From the NCBI RefSeq assembly GCF_009834535.1, contig NC_045696.1:62622001-62686000 (forward strand): a stretch of DNA of 64,000 nt, given 5' to 3'. Below are positions 1 to 11,270 of this stretch, in pieces. The notes below the pieces were generated by a model. It did no database searches and was not told where the DNA came from. It was given only the letters and a program-made list of their open reading frames with translations. Positions within the stretch are counted from its first letter, which is position 1. Each line of letters begins with the position of its first letter. A program made the position numbers and the translations under genes. The stretch comes from Camelus ferus (Eukaryota).

Positions 1-710
1 ATTCTCCATATGCTTATCAGTTTCTTGATGCTTCTAAAGGAAGACAACTAAAAGGGGCATGGATTCAGATTGGCTAAATCTTGACATCTATAAACATGAT
101 TTGTGAACATCCTTTTCTGTTTACATATATTTATCTACTAAAATGAGATAATGGGAGGGAAGCAAGGTTTGATTAAATAAACTTTTCTCTCCATTGGTCT
201 TTTCACTATCTTACGTACTAGATTTTCTTATTTTTCCTCAACACACCTCCCCACCTTTTGGATGTTAATTTTAAACAGGGAAAGCTCACTACATTATGAA
301 GAATGTTGGCACCAATTATTTTACACAAAGGCTAAGCGAACGGTTAACTTTTGGAAATGATGAGCTACTTTTCTATATTTGTTTACTTGTGCTTTGTGAT
401 ATTTCTGGATCATTCCAGTCATAAAGACTTATTACATGTAATATTTCTTGCTACCTGTGAAAAAGTATATTTTAAAGAATGTATAACCAACCATCCATTT
501 ACTTTTTATTAGTAGGTAGAGAATTTGTTTGTATCTAATTCATGAATGTAGTTTCACTGTAGGATGTCATTGTAAATGGAGCAAAGTACGTTATCTTTAT
601 AGTTATTCTAAATGTACATTATGTAAGAATTGTAAATATTATACCTGATTAAATACTTTGTATGCTGAGAAATTATGTTAAGTCAATAAAAATCTCACTG
701 CTGGCATAGT
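1..710 (+). other. ACAP2: Distal 3'UTR / 3' end of upstream gene (probably ACAP2 by synteny)
   Basis: AT-rich stretch with no recognisable repeats, several TGTA motifs, ATTAAA (648-653) and AATAAA (685-690), followed by U/GU-rich sequence. In human, ACAP2 ends a few kb upstream of XXYLT1 on the same strand. The identity rests on synteny; no coding sequence is visible. Confidence 0.6.
685..690 (+). terminator. Canonical polyadenylation signal AATAAA
   Basis: AATAAA with upstream TGTA elements (613, 622, 631, 659) and downstream T/GT-rich tract (~707-740). Confidence 0.6.
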
Positions 711-1367
711 TCTTTTATGCTCAGATTTCTACTTTATTGTGAACTGAAATTGCAGACATACCTGTTAACAGTTGTCATGTTTAAGGTCCAATATTCCTTT
801 CCACTCCTGCCAAATTGGTCTGGATTGATCCTATTTGCTGATTGCTTCAATCATGAAATCCATTTTGATCTTTTAAATATTTTCTTCTGTCTGATCACAG
901 AGCTGTATGTCTCCTAATTCATTAGCTAAAAACCACAAAAAGGCTTTTTTAATTTTTTTTTTGGCCCTAATTTTTTTCCCATTATGATTGAGACATCTGT
1001 TGAAGTTTCTAATCTAGGCAACACATTCACACTGAATCCTTTTAGTAAACAGACAGAAACATGTTTTTCTGTGAATTGAGACTGAAGGAATAGAAAGTTG
1101 AAGGAACAGACCTGGAAGTGAATTGCCTGTTTTTGCCTTTCCTTTAAAAATTAATTGAAAGCAGACACCTCAGACTTTTCTATATAATTTGCTTTATTCC
1201 ACTTCATTTCATTTTCAGAATAGTTCTTTGATGAAGAGAACCCAAACCAATAGTAAATGTTTTAAAGGAAAACAGCCTACTTTTCCTTATAAAACAGTGC
1301 TTTTTCACTTTAGAAAAGTGTTTAAATAGTAATAAGTAAAGAATTCCATCATAATTCCATTGTCTGA

Positions 1368-1568
1368 TTGTGCTGTTCAGTATGGTATCTACCAGCCATG
1401 TGGCTATTGAAATTTAATTAAAATTAGACAAAATTAAGAGTTCGGTTCACCTGTTGAACTGCCACATTTTTAAGAGCTCACTAGCCATGCAGCTAGTGAC
1501 TACTGTTTTGAATAGGGCAGATTATAGAACATCCTCATCATCCTAGGAAGGGGTGTTGGATAGTACAG
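1368..1568 (-). mobile_element. MER3-like hAT-Charlie non-autonomous DNA transposon
   Basis: tgctgttcagtatggta...agccatgtggctattgaaatttaattaaaatt...cagattatagaacat resembles the reverse complement of the MER3 consensus. Confidence 0.8.
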
Positions 1569-1599
1569 AGGGGGAAGCTTTTGCTTCCTTGGTATCTAC

Positions 1600-2230
1600 C
1601 CTTCTAGACCTTTGGGTGTGTGTATTTATATTTATATACAATGGGATCACACTGTTTTGTTTTTTCACTTAATAAATGAGCAAGTTTCTAAGTCCTTATG
1701 AATGCTGCATCACTTTTGGAAGTATTTTAAAAAATATTTTTATTATTGAAAATTTCAATACTCCCACCCATTTTTTTCTCTTCCCTAGTTTTTTTTTAAA
1801 CCAAATGCCAGATATTTCAATAAATCATTGTGTATCTCTAAAAGAAGGACTCTTAAAAGTCATTATCACTCAAACTATGAAACTATATAGTCGTATTCAG
1901 ATTTTCCCAGTGTCCTAAATGTGTTCTTTGAAAGGAGATTCTTCAAACCAAAATTCATGTAAGTTCCATTCATTGCAGTTGGCTAATTTCTCTTGAGTTT
2001 CTAAATCTATAGATTTTTCCACCATTTATCACTTAAATTTTCCACTTGTTTGTTGAATACATCACTTTTAATGACAGCATCTTTATTTTAGTTTAACCAC
2101 TTGATTGATGAACATGTGATTTCCATATCTTGCCATCACAAACCTAGCTCTGCAGAAACCCTGTGGCTAAATATTTGAGTACATTTCTATTTCCTTAAGA
2201 TGAATTCCTAGATGTGAAAATGCTGGTTCA
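1600..2230 (-). mobile_element. Degenerate old L1 (L1ME/MC-type) 3' fragments
   Basis: T-rich tracts with L1 3'UTR-like motifs (tttattattgaaaatttcaa; tgaattcctagatgtgaaaatgctgg). Confidence 0.5.
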
Positions 2231-2254
2231 CAATGGGTGGGTTGGTGTATTTTT

Positions 2255-2520
2255 GAGATTTAGTGAGTCAGGCACTTTATTAGGTACTGGGGATATTATG
2301 GTTAAAAAAAAAAAAAAAGACACTCTACCTGTTCTCTTGGAGTCTTGCCTTCTTGCAACAGAGAAAGATGGGACTGGGCGGTTCATAGGCGGCCCTCACC
2401 AGAACCTTGAGGATAGCGCCTCGTCTGTACACTGGATGGGTTGGTGTTTAGAGACCACTCCTTGAGGCAGTGACATCTAAGCCAACGTCTGAAGCAGAAG
2501 AGGTTAGCTGGGTGAAGATT
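2255..2520 (-). mobile_element. L2 3' fragment
   Basis: caggcactttattaggtactggggata...cctgttctcttggag...gtgacatctaagcc resembles antisense L2 3' end. Confidence 0.6.
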
Positions 2521-2525
2521 TAGGG

Positions 2526-2665
2526 CAGGGCTTTTCAAACTTTGGCTTATAGAAGAATCACTCACCTTTAAGGCCCAGGCTTGTTGAAGATAATAGGGCC
2601 TGAGCCCGTGTACATTACCAAGCTTTGGGTGCTTCCAATGCCACCCAAAATTTGACAACCACTAT
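2526..2665. mobile_element. MER5-like hAT element
   Basis: Termini cagggcttttcaaactt ... aaatttgacaaccact with internal agaatcac. Confidence 0.55.
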
Positions 2666-3124
2666 TTCAGGGAGAAACATTCATCTGGATAGGAGAGAGA
2701 ACTAAAAATTCTCTTAGGAAGATTTTTTAGTGTTGCCAGTGTGTCCTCCAGAAAAGCTGTACCAATATACACATCCTCATCTGCTGTAGAGGAATGTCAT
2801 TTTCTGTATCCTTGACAATACTGAGTAGTGGCCAATACAAAAAAATTTTGATGAAATATCAGATTTCTGCATTATATTATGGATGTAGAAATTATACAAC
2901 AGGAAAAGCCAATTACCTCTTATATCTGGCCAGAAGTCAGAGAACTTGACCAAAGTCAGTTAGAACTGAAGGGTTACTGTACTTACCAAGTTCTTTTGTC
3001 TATTTAGCCATGTTGCTATACACTCAGATACATCTATTTTAAGGTGAGAAAATAGCACATTCCATCTGACACCCTACATACATTTTCTTTTTTTTTTTTT
3101 TTAACATACCTTTTTTAAATTTGT

Positions 3125-3250
3125 CTGTTTTCCCTAGAAGGTAAGTTCTATGAGGGCAGGGCTTTTTTTCATGGCTGTATCCCCAGGTGCTACTGTGTTT
3201 GGCATGTAGTAGTCATATGATATCTGATAGCTATCGAATAAATGACTAGC
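3125..3250 (+). mobile_element. L2 3' end
   Basis: tagaaggtaagttctatgagggcaggg...tgtatccccag...ggcatgtagtag...gaataaatga. Confidence 0.6.
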
Positions 3251-3779
3251 TACCTTCAACTCACTATTTTAGCTTCCTGTCAGCAGTATATTTCAGCAAG
3301 CTACAACATTAATTTTTCTTTTTGGTCAAAGAATTGAGAATGAGGAAGCTACAACTTGGAGAAAAGACTAGTCCCTTGAGTATTTTCCTGTATGTTTACT
3401 GACTTTCTATGGAAAATTTAAATTGTTACTCTTTTGTTATCCATAAATTCTAGCAGCGATCTTACAAAGGTCTGAGAAAGAAAATATTTGTAGAATAAAT
3501 TCTGTAATAAGTGGCAGAGGGGAGAAACTACCTTATTGGTGGTGTAGGTAGGGGGACTAAAAAACAATTCCAGAATTATTTCTGCCTTATTAATGAACAG
3601 TAATTAGAATGTAATAATACAGTGGTTGCACCCTGCTGTGGGGATTCTATGGTACATGTAGTAAAGTCTTAATGGAGATTAGGGGTTTAGTGTTTGTAAA
3701 TAGTCTAGAAAAGCTATGGTTGTTAAATTATATTTTGTACTTCTTGGATATTTACTTTGTTCTAGAGTTTGGTGTTTCT

Positions 3780-3935
3780 AGCATAGTTTACTAAGTATCA
3801 GACCCTGTTTTAACTGCTTTATATCTGTTGCCTCTCATCTTATTAGGCATAGGTACTAATATAAAATTTTACATGTGGGTGTAATTGTAGCTCAGAGGGA
3901 TTAAGTAACTTGCTTGAAGTCTAACAACTCCTAGT
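3780..3935 (-). mobile_element. MIR SINE
   Basis: Core ctcagagggattaagtaacttgc with flanking MIR-like sequence. Confidence 0.55.
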
Positions 3936-4144
3936 TCACTGTAAATGTAGCTCTCCTGTGCCTTTGGGAGAAGCTGAGCTCAGAGTTTTCCTACTCTGTG
4001 ATCTTGCCCCACCCCCAGTCCTCATAAATCCAGCTCTCTTAACTTGCTCATAACAAGCTCTTAGCTTGCTCTCAACCACAGTCGTCTGCTGAAGGTTTTG
4101 GTAAACTACAACCTAGGGCTTGAGTTACTGCTTTCAGTGCTAAT

Positions 4145-4320
4145 CTTGGCTAAAAGCTTGGTCTTTGGAAGTGGTAAGATTTGAGTTGGGATCCTGACTC
4201 CGTTATTACCAGCCAGCTGGATTTGGGCAACTTACTTCTCTAAATCTCCATTTCCTCAATTGTACGGTGCAAGTAATACTTCTATCCCTCAGAGTTGTGA
4301 GGATTAAATGAACTAAAGTA
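4145..4320 (+). mobile_element. MIR SINE
   Basis: ttgggcaacttacttctctaaatctccatttcctcaattgta...gttgtgaggattaaatga. Confidence 0.7.
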
Positions 4321-5099
4321 AGATCCTGTTACTCAAGTGAGTTAATTCTGCTATTGGTTTTTTTCCCTCTCAAAGTGAGTAGTATGTATTGAACTTGTTG
4401 CCAAGCCTGCTCCAGAGGTCCAGTATTTTTCAGATAAGTGTTACTCCAGTTGAAATGAACAAGAGTTAAAAATGAGATGAATTGTGGTTTTGGGAAACAC
4501 ACTTTGACAAATAATGGCATGGTACAGTAAGCGGGTGAGAGAGAACTCATGAGTACATTAGTTCTGCATTGTCACCTGCACCTCCAGTAAGCAAGCAGAC
4601 CACTTCTACATGTTTATTTAAGACTGTAGTATGTCGTCAGTCCTCAGAAGATTTCAGTTAATGAGTTTTTATGTAGTTGGCAGCGTTCAAACCTGCCACT
4701 GTGTGACTTGGGGCAATTGAACTCAGTTGTGCCGCAGTTAAGAATTTGCACGACTACCTGATACCTATTAAGCCTCTTTAAAAGTGTTAAAGTGTTTGTT
4801 GCTGTTGTTTATCAGAGTATCACAATCCCTGGCATTACTACCCTGGGAAGTTCTTCACTGCCAGAAGTTTTGGGCAGCCGGCCCCCCGTGGTGGCTGCTT
4901 TAGACAGTCTCTGGTTGGCCATTAGAGCTGCCCACTGAGGCGAGCAGGCAGTTTACACATCGGGTGTCATTCCTACTTCACCGTGAATGGGGAAGGAGTT
5001 GCTAGTTTAAACTCTATAGCCCCAGCTAGTATCCAAGGTGTGAAAGGAGCCTTCAAGAAATTAGAGGCGAGAAGTTATCAAGAGAAAATTTTTCTCTTC

Positions 5100-6320
5100 G
5101 TGCGTCCGGTCTAGTCTTTTTGCTAGCTGAAGGCGCAGCTTCGGTTTCTAGCGTCTGGCGATGGGTACTTAAGAGCACCATTTTTCACAGACGGTACAGC
5201 CAGCTGGCCTCTATGTCCGAGTCCTCACTGCTCCTAGGACCACGCGGCCCATGCTGGCTGTAATCCTTCTGAGCTTAGGACCCAGCGGCTGCCGGGCAGC
5301 CCTAAGCCCCGCCTCTCCGCGCATCAGAGCCCTCGGATTGGCTCTCGGCAGCGCGGCTCCGCCTCCGCCATGGCCGCTGCTCACCGCCCGCCGCCGAGGC
5401 TACTAAGTGGCTGCCGGGGTACAGATCTCCGCTGCGGCTCTGTGGCTGCTGGGTCCTTCGGCCGGCGGTGCATGGGTCACCTTCGAGGCGGGCCCCCATG
5501 CGTTCGGGCCATGGCGCGCTTGGGCGCTGTGCGCTCTCACTACTGCGCGCTGTTTCTGGCCGCGGCGCTTGCCGTCTGTGCTTTTTACTACCTCGGCTCG
5601 GGCCGGGAGACCTTCTCCAGCGCCACCAAGAGGCTGAAGGAAGCCCGAGCCGGGGTCCCCGCCGCGCCCTCGCCGCCGGTGCCGGAGCTGGCGCGGGGGT
5701 CGGTGGCGCCGGCACTGGGCGCCAAGGCTAAGAGCCTGGAGGGCGGCGGGGCCGGGCCGGTGGACTACCACCTGCTGATGATGTTCACCAAGGCGGAACA
5801 CAATTCTGCTCTGCAGGCCAAGGCCCGCGTCGCGCTCCGCTCCCTGCTGCGCCTTGCTAAGTTCGAGACGCACGAGGTGCTTAACCTGCACTTTGTGAGC
5901 GAGGAGTCCAGCCGCGAGGTGGCCAAGGCCCTCCTGCGGGAGCTGCTGCCTCCCGCCGCCGGCTTCAAGTGCAAGGTGAGCGGGGCCGCAGCTGGGGAAT
6001 CCAGGGGGCGTGTGGCTCGGTCAGTGCGCGCATCCGGCGCGCCCTGCCAGGCTCCCAGGGGTCGGGAGGGGAGTGTCTTGGTTGCGCTGGCCGCTGCCAA
6101 CTCCATTAGGAACCTAGCCCCTCAACACCTCTTCCCTTCGCCCCAAGTGTGCGTTCACAGCACGCTGGAGGCATCGTCCTGGGTCGTGTCCGGAAGCCTC
6201 GGTGTTAGCTGACCACTCTGGCCCGGTGTCCCCCTTTAACTGCGGCCCTCCTTGAGAATTGGCACGCCCCCTCCTTGCTAGCGTTGCACGAGTCAGCAGC
6301 GAGTGCCTTGAGTCGGCTTC
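5100..6320. promoter_or_regulatory. XXYLT1: CpG island / TATA-less promoter of XXYLT1 spanning exon 1
   Basis: Abrupt rise in GC content and CpG density around exon 1; GC-box-like ccccgcc at ~5307; no TATA box seen. Confidence 0.85.
5472..5975 (+). CDS. XXYLT1: XXYLT1 coding exon 1 (168 codons: cytoplasmic tail, type II TM helix, stem, start of GT8 domain)
   Basis: Translates MGHLRGG...AVRSHYCALFLAAALAVCAFYYLGSGRETFSSATKRLKEAR...DYHLLMMFTKAEHN...EVLNLHFVSEE...AAGFKCK, recognisably XXYLT1. Ends at the phase-0 donor AAG|GTGAGC (GT at 5976). Confidence 0.97.
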
Positions 6321-8239
6321 TCTTTTTATTCTCCTCTGTCTTGGACTTTTGAGGATGGAGCAGCTCATTTGAAGGCAGCAATATTCTTCCTGTGCAGACT
6401 GCTGGACCTGGTCTTAGGCCGCTTGAATTGTTGAAGTTACAGTGACATTTCTCATAGCTTTAAGGTATTTCAGTCACAACTGGTCAAACCCAGCCAGTGT
6501 GAACCATCTCATCTCCTCTCTGTGCCCCTCTTCTCCGCTACCCTCAAGGGTCATGAACCCATTTAGAGAAGCAGCGAGTTCCAGGGAGGAAGAGAGAGCT
6601 CCAAGAGGTACAGATCAGATCTGGGGAGAGCATTGCTGAGCAGAGCTAGCTACCTTGTCCCAGGTGCAAGCAACCTGCCTCCCCATTATCTCACTTCACC
6701 ACCTGACTCTGCTTGTCAGAGATTGGGTTCCTAGCCTAGTGTTAATTGCCTCAGTCAAATTAGTTGCCTCCTTCTGACCTAACAGTTGCACAGAGGGGAT
6801 CCAAGGTGACAGAAATAGCAGGTGATCCTAGAGGATGGAGACTGATGGTGGGGGGAGGGGTGGTGAAGCAAGAGTGGTGTTCCATGTGTTTGTGCCCAGT
6901 GGGTGACTAAGGGGAGCTGATGCCAGTATCCTGCAGGGTTCGGGGGTTTGTTGCTCATTGTCTACAGAATCAAGCTCTAATTTCTTGGTAGGGCTGTCTG
7001 CCTGGCTCTCCTCTCCAACCTACCTTCTTGTCCTTCCTCTGTGTGCACCTTAGATCCTACCTGTACCGAATGTGCCTTTACCCAAGATACACTCTCCGCC
7101 TAGAATGTCCTTCTTTCCCTCCTGGGCCCTTAGCCTCTCTCTGCTTATTTTTCACTTTCCCCCAGGAATGTCCCTAGACTTGGGGACAGTCTGTGCCCAG
7201 CCTTTTTCATTCCAGCTTCCCCCCATAACATCAAGTCTGTCCCCTGCCCAGAATAAATGAGCCCATCAGGACCAGCCACCATAGTCAGGGAGGGGCACCT
7301 GGGCCTGGACTCCATAGTGTAGGAGGCCAGGAATCCAGGCCCTGGAGCTTGTGGCTGGAGGGGGCCCCTGGGACCCACTGTCTGACCTGGGGTTTTCCAG
7401 CCCAATTGCCCTGATTGGAATCTCTGGAAGTGGGGCCTGGCAACCTGTTCCAGCTGGTCCTTAGTACTCTGAGAAATTCTCTGCTCGTCCAAGGGAGAAA
7501 ACCAAGGGCCCCTGATGATTGGGCCAGTCTGGACAGGAGCTGGTATTTGTCTGGCTCTACAGACGCCACCTTGAAGAACAGCATTGTCATCTCTTCACTT
7601 TCTGAGTCAGAGGTCACAACTCGAGCCTACCCTACCCCATTGCCAGGGCTCCAGCCATGGGGCCTGGTTGTACACCCGGGACTTTTCTGTTGTTCCACTG
7701 TCAGGATACCCTTTCTCTCTCCATCACCAAGTCTTGCCCATCTTCAGATACCATTCACTTGCTGGAGCCATTCAAGGACCCACCGTCTGAAAGGCACATC
7801 TTCCTCTTCCTCGTGTACCTCCCTGGTGCTGTGATTATGACATCTTATCTCCCATCCCTATGCCTGGCACACAGTCGGCACCAGAAATACTGGTCCAGGA
7901 CAGGTCCAGTTTCAGGGCCAAGTTCCCTTCTTGGTTGAAGCCTGTGTTTCATACTCTGACTCCCTTCTGACCTTAGCCATCATCCGGGCCTGAGCAGCTG
8001 CAGATGACTGGAGGGAATTGGCACCATCCTTGTGGAGGCCTGAGGAATGAGGGTCTAGGGGCTTCTAGCCAGGTAGCTGTGTTCAGATAAGGGTTTATCA
8101 GTTCTAGCTAAAATTGCTCCTGTTCCTTTTGAATTATTTTTTGTGAATCTGTTTTCTGTTTGTGACAAAGGTGCTCTTTTTAAAATTTAAATGTGTAGTC
8201 GTGAAAGATTTGCCTCATTGTGTTTGTCATTTAATTCTT

Positions 8240-8600
8240 CCTCAGGTCTGGAATATTCCTGAAAGGAGTGCTTCTTCCGTCCCACTTCACACGTGCCTTT
8301 CCCTCTGCCTGGAGGACCTCCCAGCCCCGCTGCCCCCCCTTAACTGGTGCTCTGCTCTCAGGTCTCAGCCTAAATGTTATCTCCTTGGCAAACCTTTCCT
8401 AAGCCCTTCTTATCCTTAGTACTTTTCCTTAGTAACATTTCTTACAGTTGTCATTATGTAATTATTGAATGACTTATTTGTCTACCTCACTAGACTGTAA
8501 ATTCTTTAAGAGGTTGGACCCTGACTTCTCTTAAATGTTATATCCCCAGCACCGAACATCCTGTCTTAACATATGGGAGTGTGTCTTCTACTGAGAATTA
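8240..8600 (+). mobile_element. L2 3' fragment
   Basis: ctttccctctgcctggag...tcaggtctcagcctaaatgttatctcc...cactagactgtaaattc...tatccccagcacc. Confidence 0.65.
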
Positions 8601-9309
8601 TTTTTTCAGTGTTAATTAGGAAGAAGGAAACTAGAAATTCTCACCCTGGTTGCATTAGAGCTGGAAGGGATCCTGAAGAACATTTAGCATCACAAGTGAG
8701 GACACTTGCCAAAGGTCACTTGGAGAGTTGTTGACCTGGCAGGGGCTACTCCCAAGTTCTAGGCCAATGTTTTTCCCTTTGTACCATGTTTCACCTTTAA
8801 GGAGCACTTCTCTCTTGTAAGATAAAGTAAGAGGACATTTCACTCCCAGGGAGAGTTGCTTTAAGTTGTGTTAGAACACTTTGGGAAGAAGCAGCTTCTT
8901 GCCCACCTAGCTGTGGAGACAGCCGGGGAGCTCTTCCTCCCTTGGTGGGAGCTGGGACTCCGCCACGTCTGCACGATGCAGGGCAGGGCTGCAGTGAGCC
9001 GGCCCACGACCCGTGCTCACATTCAGAGGTCTCTTCTCAGGCCATTTTCAAGTGACACAGAAATGGTTGAGCTGAAATGGTTGCAGAAATCGATCCTAGA
9101 ACATTACTAGTCACTTTAGATCACATTTTGGTTAATTAAATATTAGCTAAAATGCCATTCACTTAACCAGAAAAATCTTGTTTTGATTATTTTTGAAAGT
9201 CTTTCTAAATCTCAGGGTTTGTTATCTGCTAACAGTATGGAAATAAATTATTTGTTCACTTATTTAGTAAACATCCAAACCTGTTATGTTGGAGGTAACA
9301 GATTGGGAG

Positions 9310-9442
9310 CTGCTTCTAGCTTATGGACCAGAGAATCTCCTGGGGAGATTAAAAATACAGAATTATTAAAAATATAGAACCTGGACCCTGCCCCAGCCTG
9401 TGGATCAGAATCTCCTGATAGGGCTTGGGAATCTGAATTTGT
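9310..9442. mobile_element. MER5-like fragment
   Basis: agaatctcctggggagattaaaaatacaga...cagaatctc...gggaatctgaattt. Confidence 0.55.
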
Positions 9443-10909
9443 ATGGGGCTGTGGCGGCAGGTGTCGGGGTCCCTGCTGTAGGGGATACAGGAGGGCCTGG
9501 TGCTCTCCTAACCCTTTTCAGACCCAGCTCAGGCATCCTCTTCACTGTGCAGCCCTCCCTCTGGGCACAATGCCTGGCACATAGTAGGCCTTCAGGAAAC
9601 ATTTTGACTTTCATCCTGGTTCTCTGCTGGCCTTCATCTTGATAAATGATGCTTTTATCACATCACTTCCATTCACAACCTCCTGGCTCACTGTCATCCC
9701 AGGTCATTCCAACATCTTAGCCTCGCAGCAGCTGGCTTCAGCTTCCTTGCCCAGCCTTTCCCCTCTCAGCTGCAGGAGAAGCTGTCCCTTCTCATGGAGC
9801 TTTGCTTGCTTTGCTTCTGAGCCATCTGTTGTTTCATTCCGTCTGTCAAGTGGAATTCTACACTTCTAAGCCTTGGGTCCAGACTTGTCTCTTCCCCAGG
9901 CTTCCTTGCTGTATTAAGTCAGATAGAATATGCCGTGGGAACTCCAAATAGTGGGAGCTTCAGCAAGCTGGAGCTCTATTTCTTGTCTAAATGGAGCCCA
10001 GAGGTAGGCATTCCTGGGCTGTCATCAGGGTCCTAGGCCCTTCCAGCTCTGTTGCACCACCCTTATGGAGTGGCCCTTGTTCTCACGGGCCAGAAGGCTG
10101 CTGGAGCTTTAGCCAACATACCTGTATCGCAGCAGCAGAATGGGGGAAGAACCAAAGCAGTGTACCCAGTTAAAAATAGGGGTTCAGTTAACAAGGAGAG
10201 GAGAGCAGGTTGTGGGGTAGGCAACCCCTCATCTCTGCCCACCCCCCAGGGGCCCACCATGCATGCTGGAGCCCCACGAATGACCAAGCACCCGCTGTGT
10301 GTGGGACCCTGAATTCACACCTGCAGGGACACAGACATGGGGCAGGCACAGCCCCTGCTACCAGGAACCCATGTCACTTAGCATCACACCCACGTACATC
10401 CTGTCTTGTTGCTAAACCCAGTGAGTTGGGCATGAGATGGTCCTGAGGGAGACAGCACTGAGTTTAAACCCCAGTTGGCCAGTTTCTGACTGGGTGACAG
10501 TGAGTAATGCCTTTCACTTCTCAGGGCCTCTGAGGCCTCTAAAATGAGGATTAAACACCCACCTCACACCGGGCGGCGAGGAGTCAGTCTGCCCGGCTGT
10601 AATGCAGGTAGCCTGGTGCTGCTGTCTGCTGTCGTGTGTCCAGTCTCAGCACAGCTCTGAGTCAGCACTCATGGGTCCCTGCGGCTGTCTCCTCCTTCCT
10701 TTGTGGTGTGGCCAGCCCCCTGCAGAGGCCTGGTGGGCTCACCCAGCACTGTGGGGACACCCTCAGGGTACAGCAGTGTTGCTTCTTGTGCTGCCACTGT
10801 GCAGTCACTCAGCTCACCACCCAGAAAGGCCTTCCCTGAACCCATTTCCTGAAGCAGCCGCCACCCCGCCCTTGTCTTCCCTGTCACCTTGTTCATAGCA
10901 TGTAGCTGT

Positions 10910-11270
10910 TAGTTTGTTCATTGAGGCAGCAGAAGTGATTGAGGGCTCAGCCTGTGCCAGACACTGTCCTAGGTGCCCGCAAGCAGTGGGAACAGAACCA
11001 GGTCCCAGCCCTCATGGAGCTTACATTCCGGGGTTGTGGGCGGGTATGGGAGGTGGACTAAACAAACAGGTCCATGGAGAGTGAGTCAGATCGTGATCTG
11101 TTGTATGGAGAAAATGAAAACTGAATAAGGACATAGGGAGTGTTTGTGTGCGGCTGTCTTGTATAGGTGGTCAGGGAAGGCACCGCGGACAAGGTGACAT
11201 CTGAGCAGAGGCTGAAGGAAGCAAGAGAGTGAGCTATTAGGACATGGAGAAGCAAGTTTGCGAAAGTCGA
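10910..11270 (-). mobile_element. L2 3' end
   Basis: tgtgccagacactgtcctaggtg...ccctcatggagcttacattc...gtggtcagggaaggc...gtgacatctgagcagaggctgaagga. Confidence 0.8.

Noticed and set aside
5302..6106. Antisense ORFs over exon 1 (5302..5715, 5403..5891, 5765..6106)
   Set aside because: Expected shadow ORFs of a GC-rich coding exon/CpG island; low-complexity Arg/Pro/Ala/Gly content with no recognisable domain.
5976..6212. C-terminal 78 aa of the 280-aa ORF 5370..6212
   Set aside because: XXYLT1 similarity stops exactly at the canonical donor (5975/5976); the remainder is read-through into intron 1.
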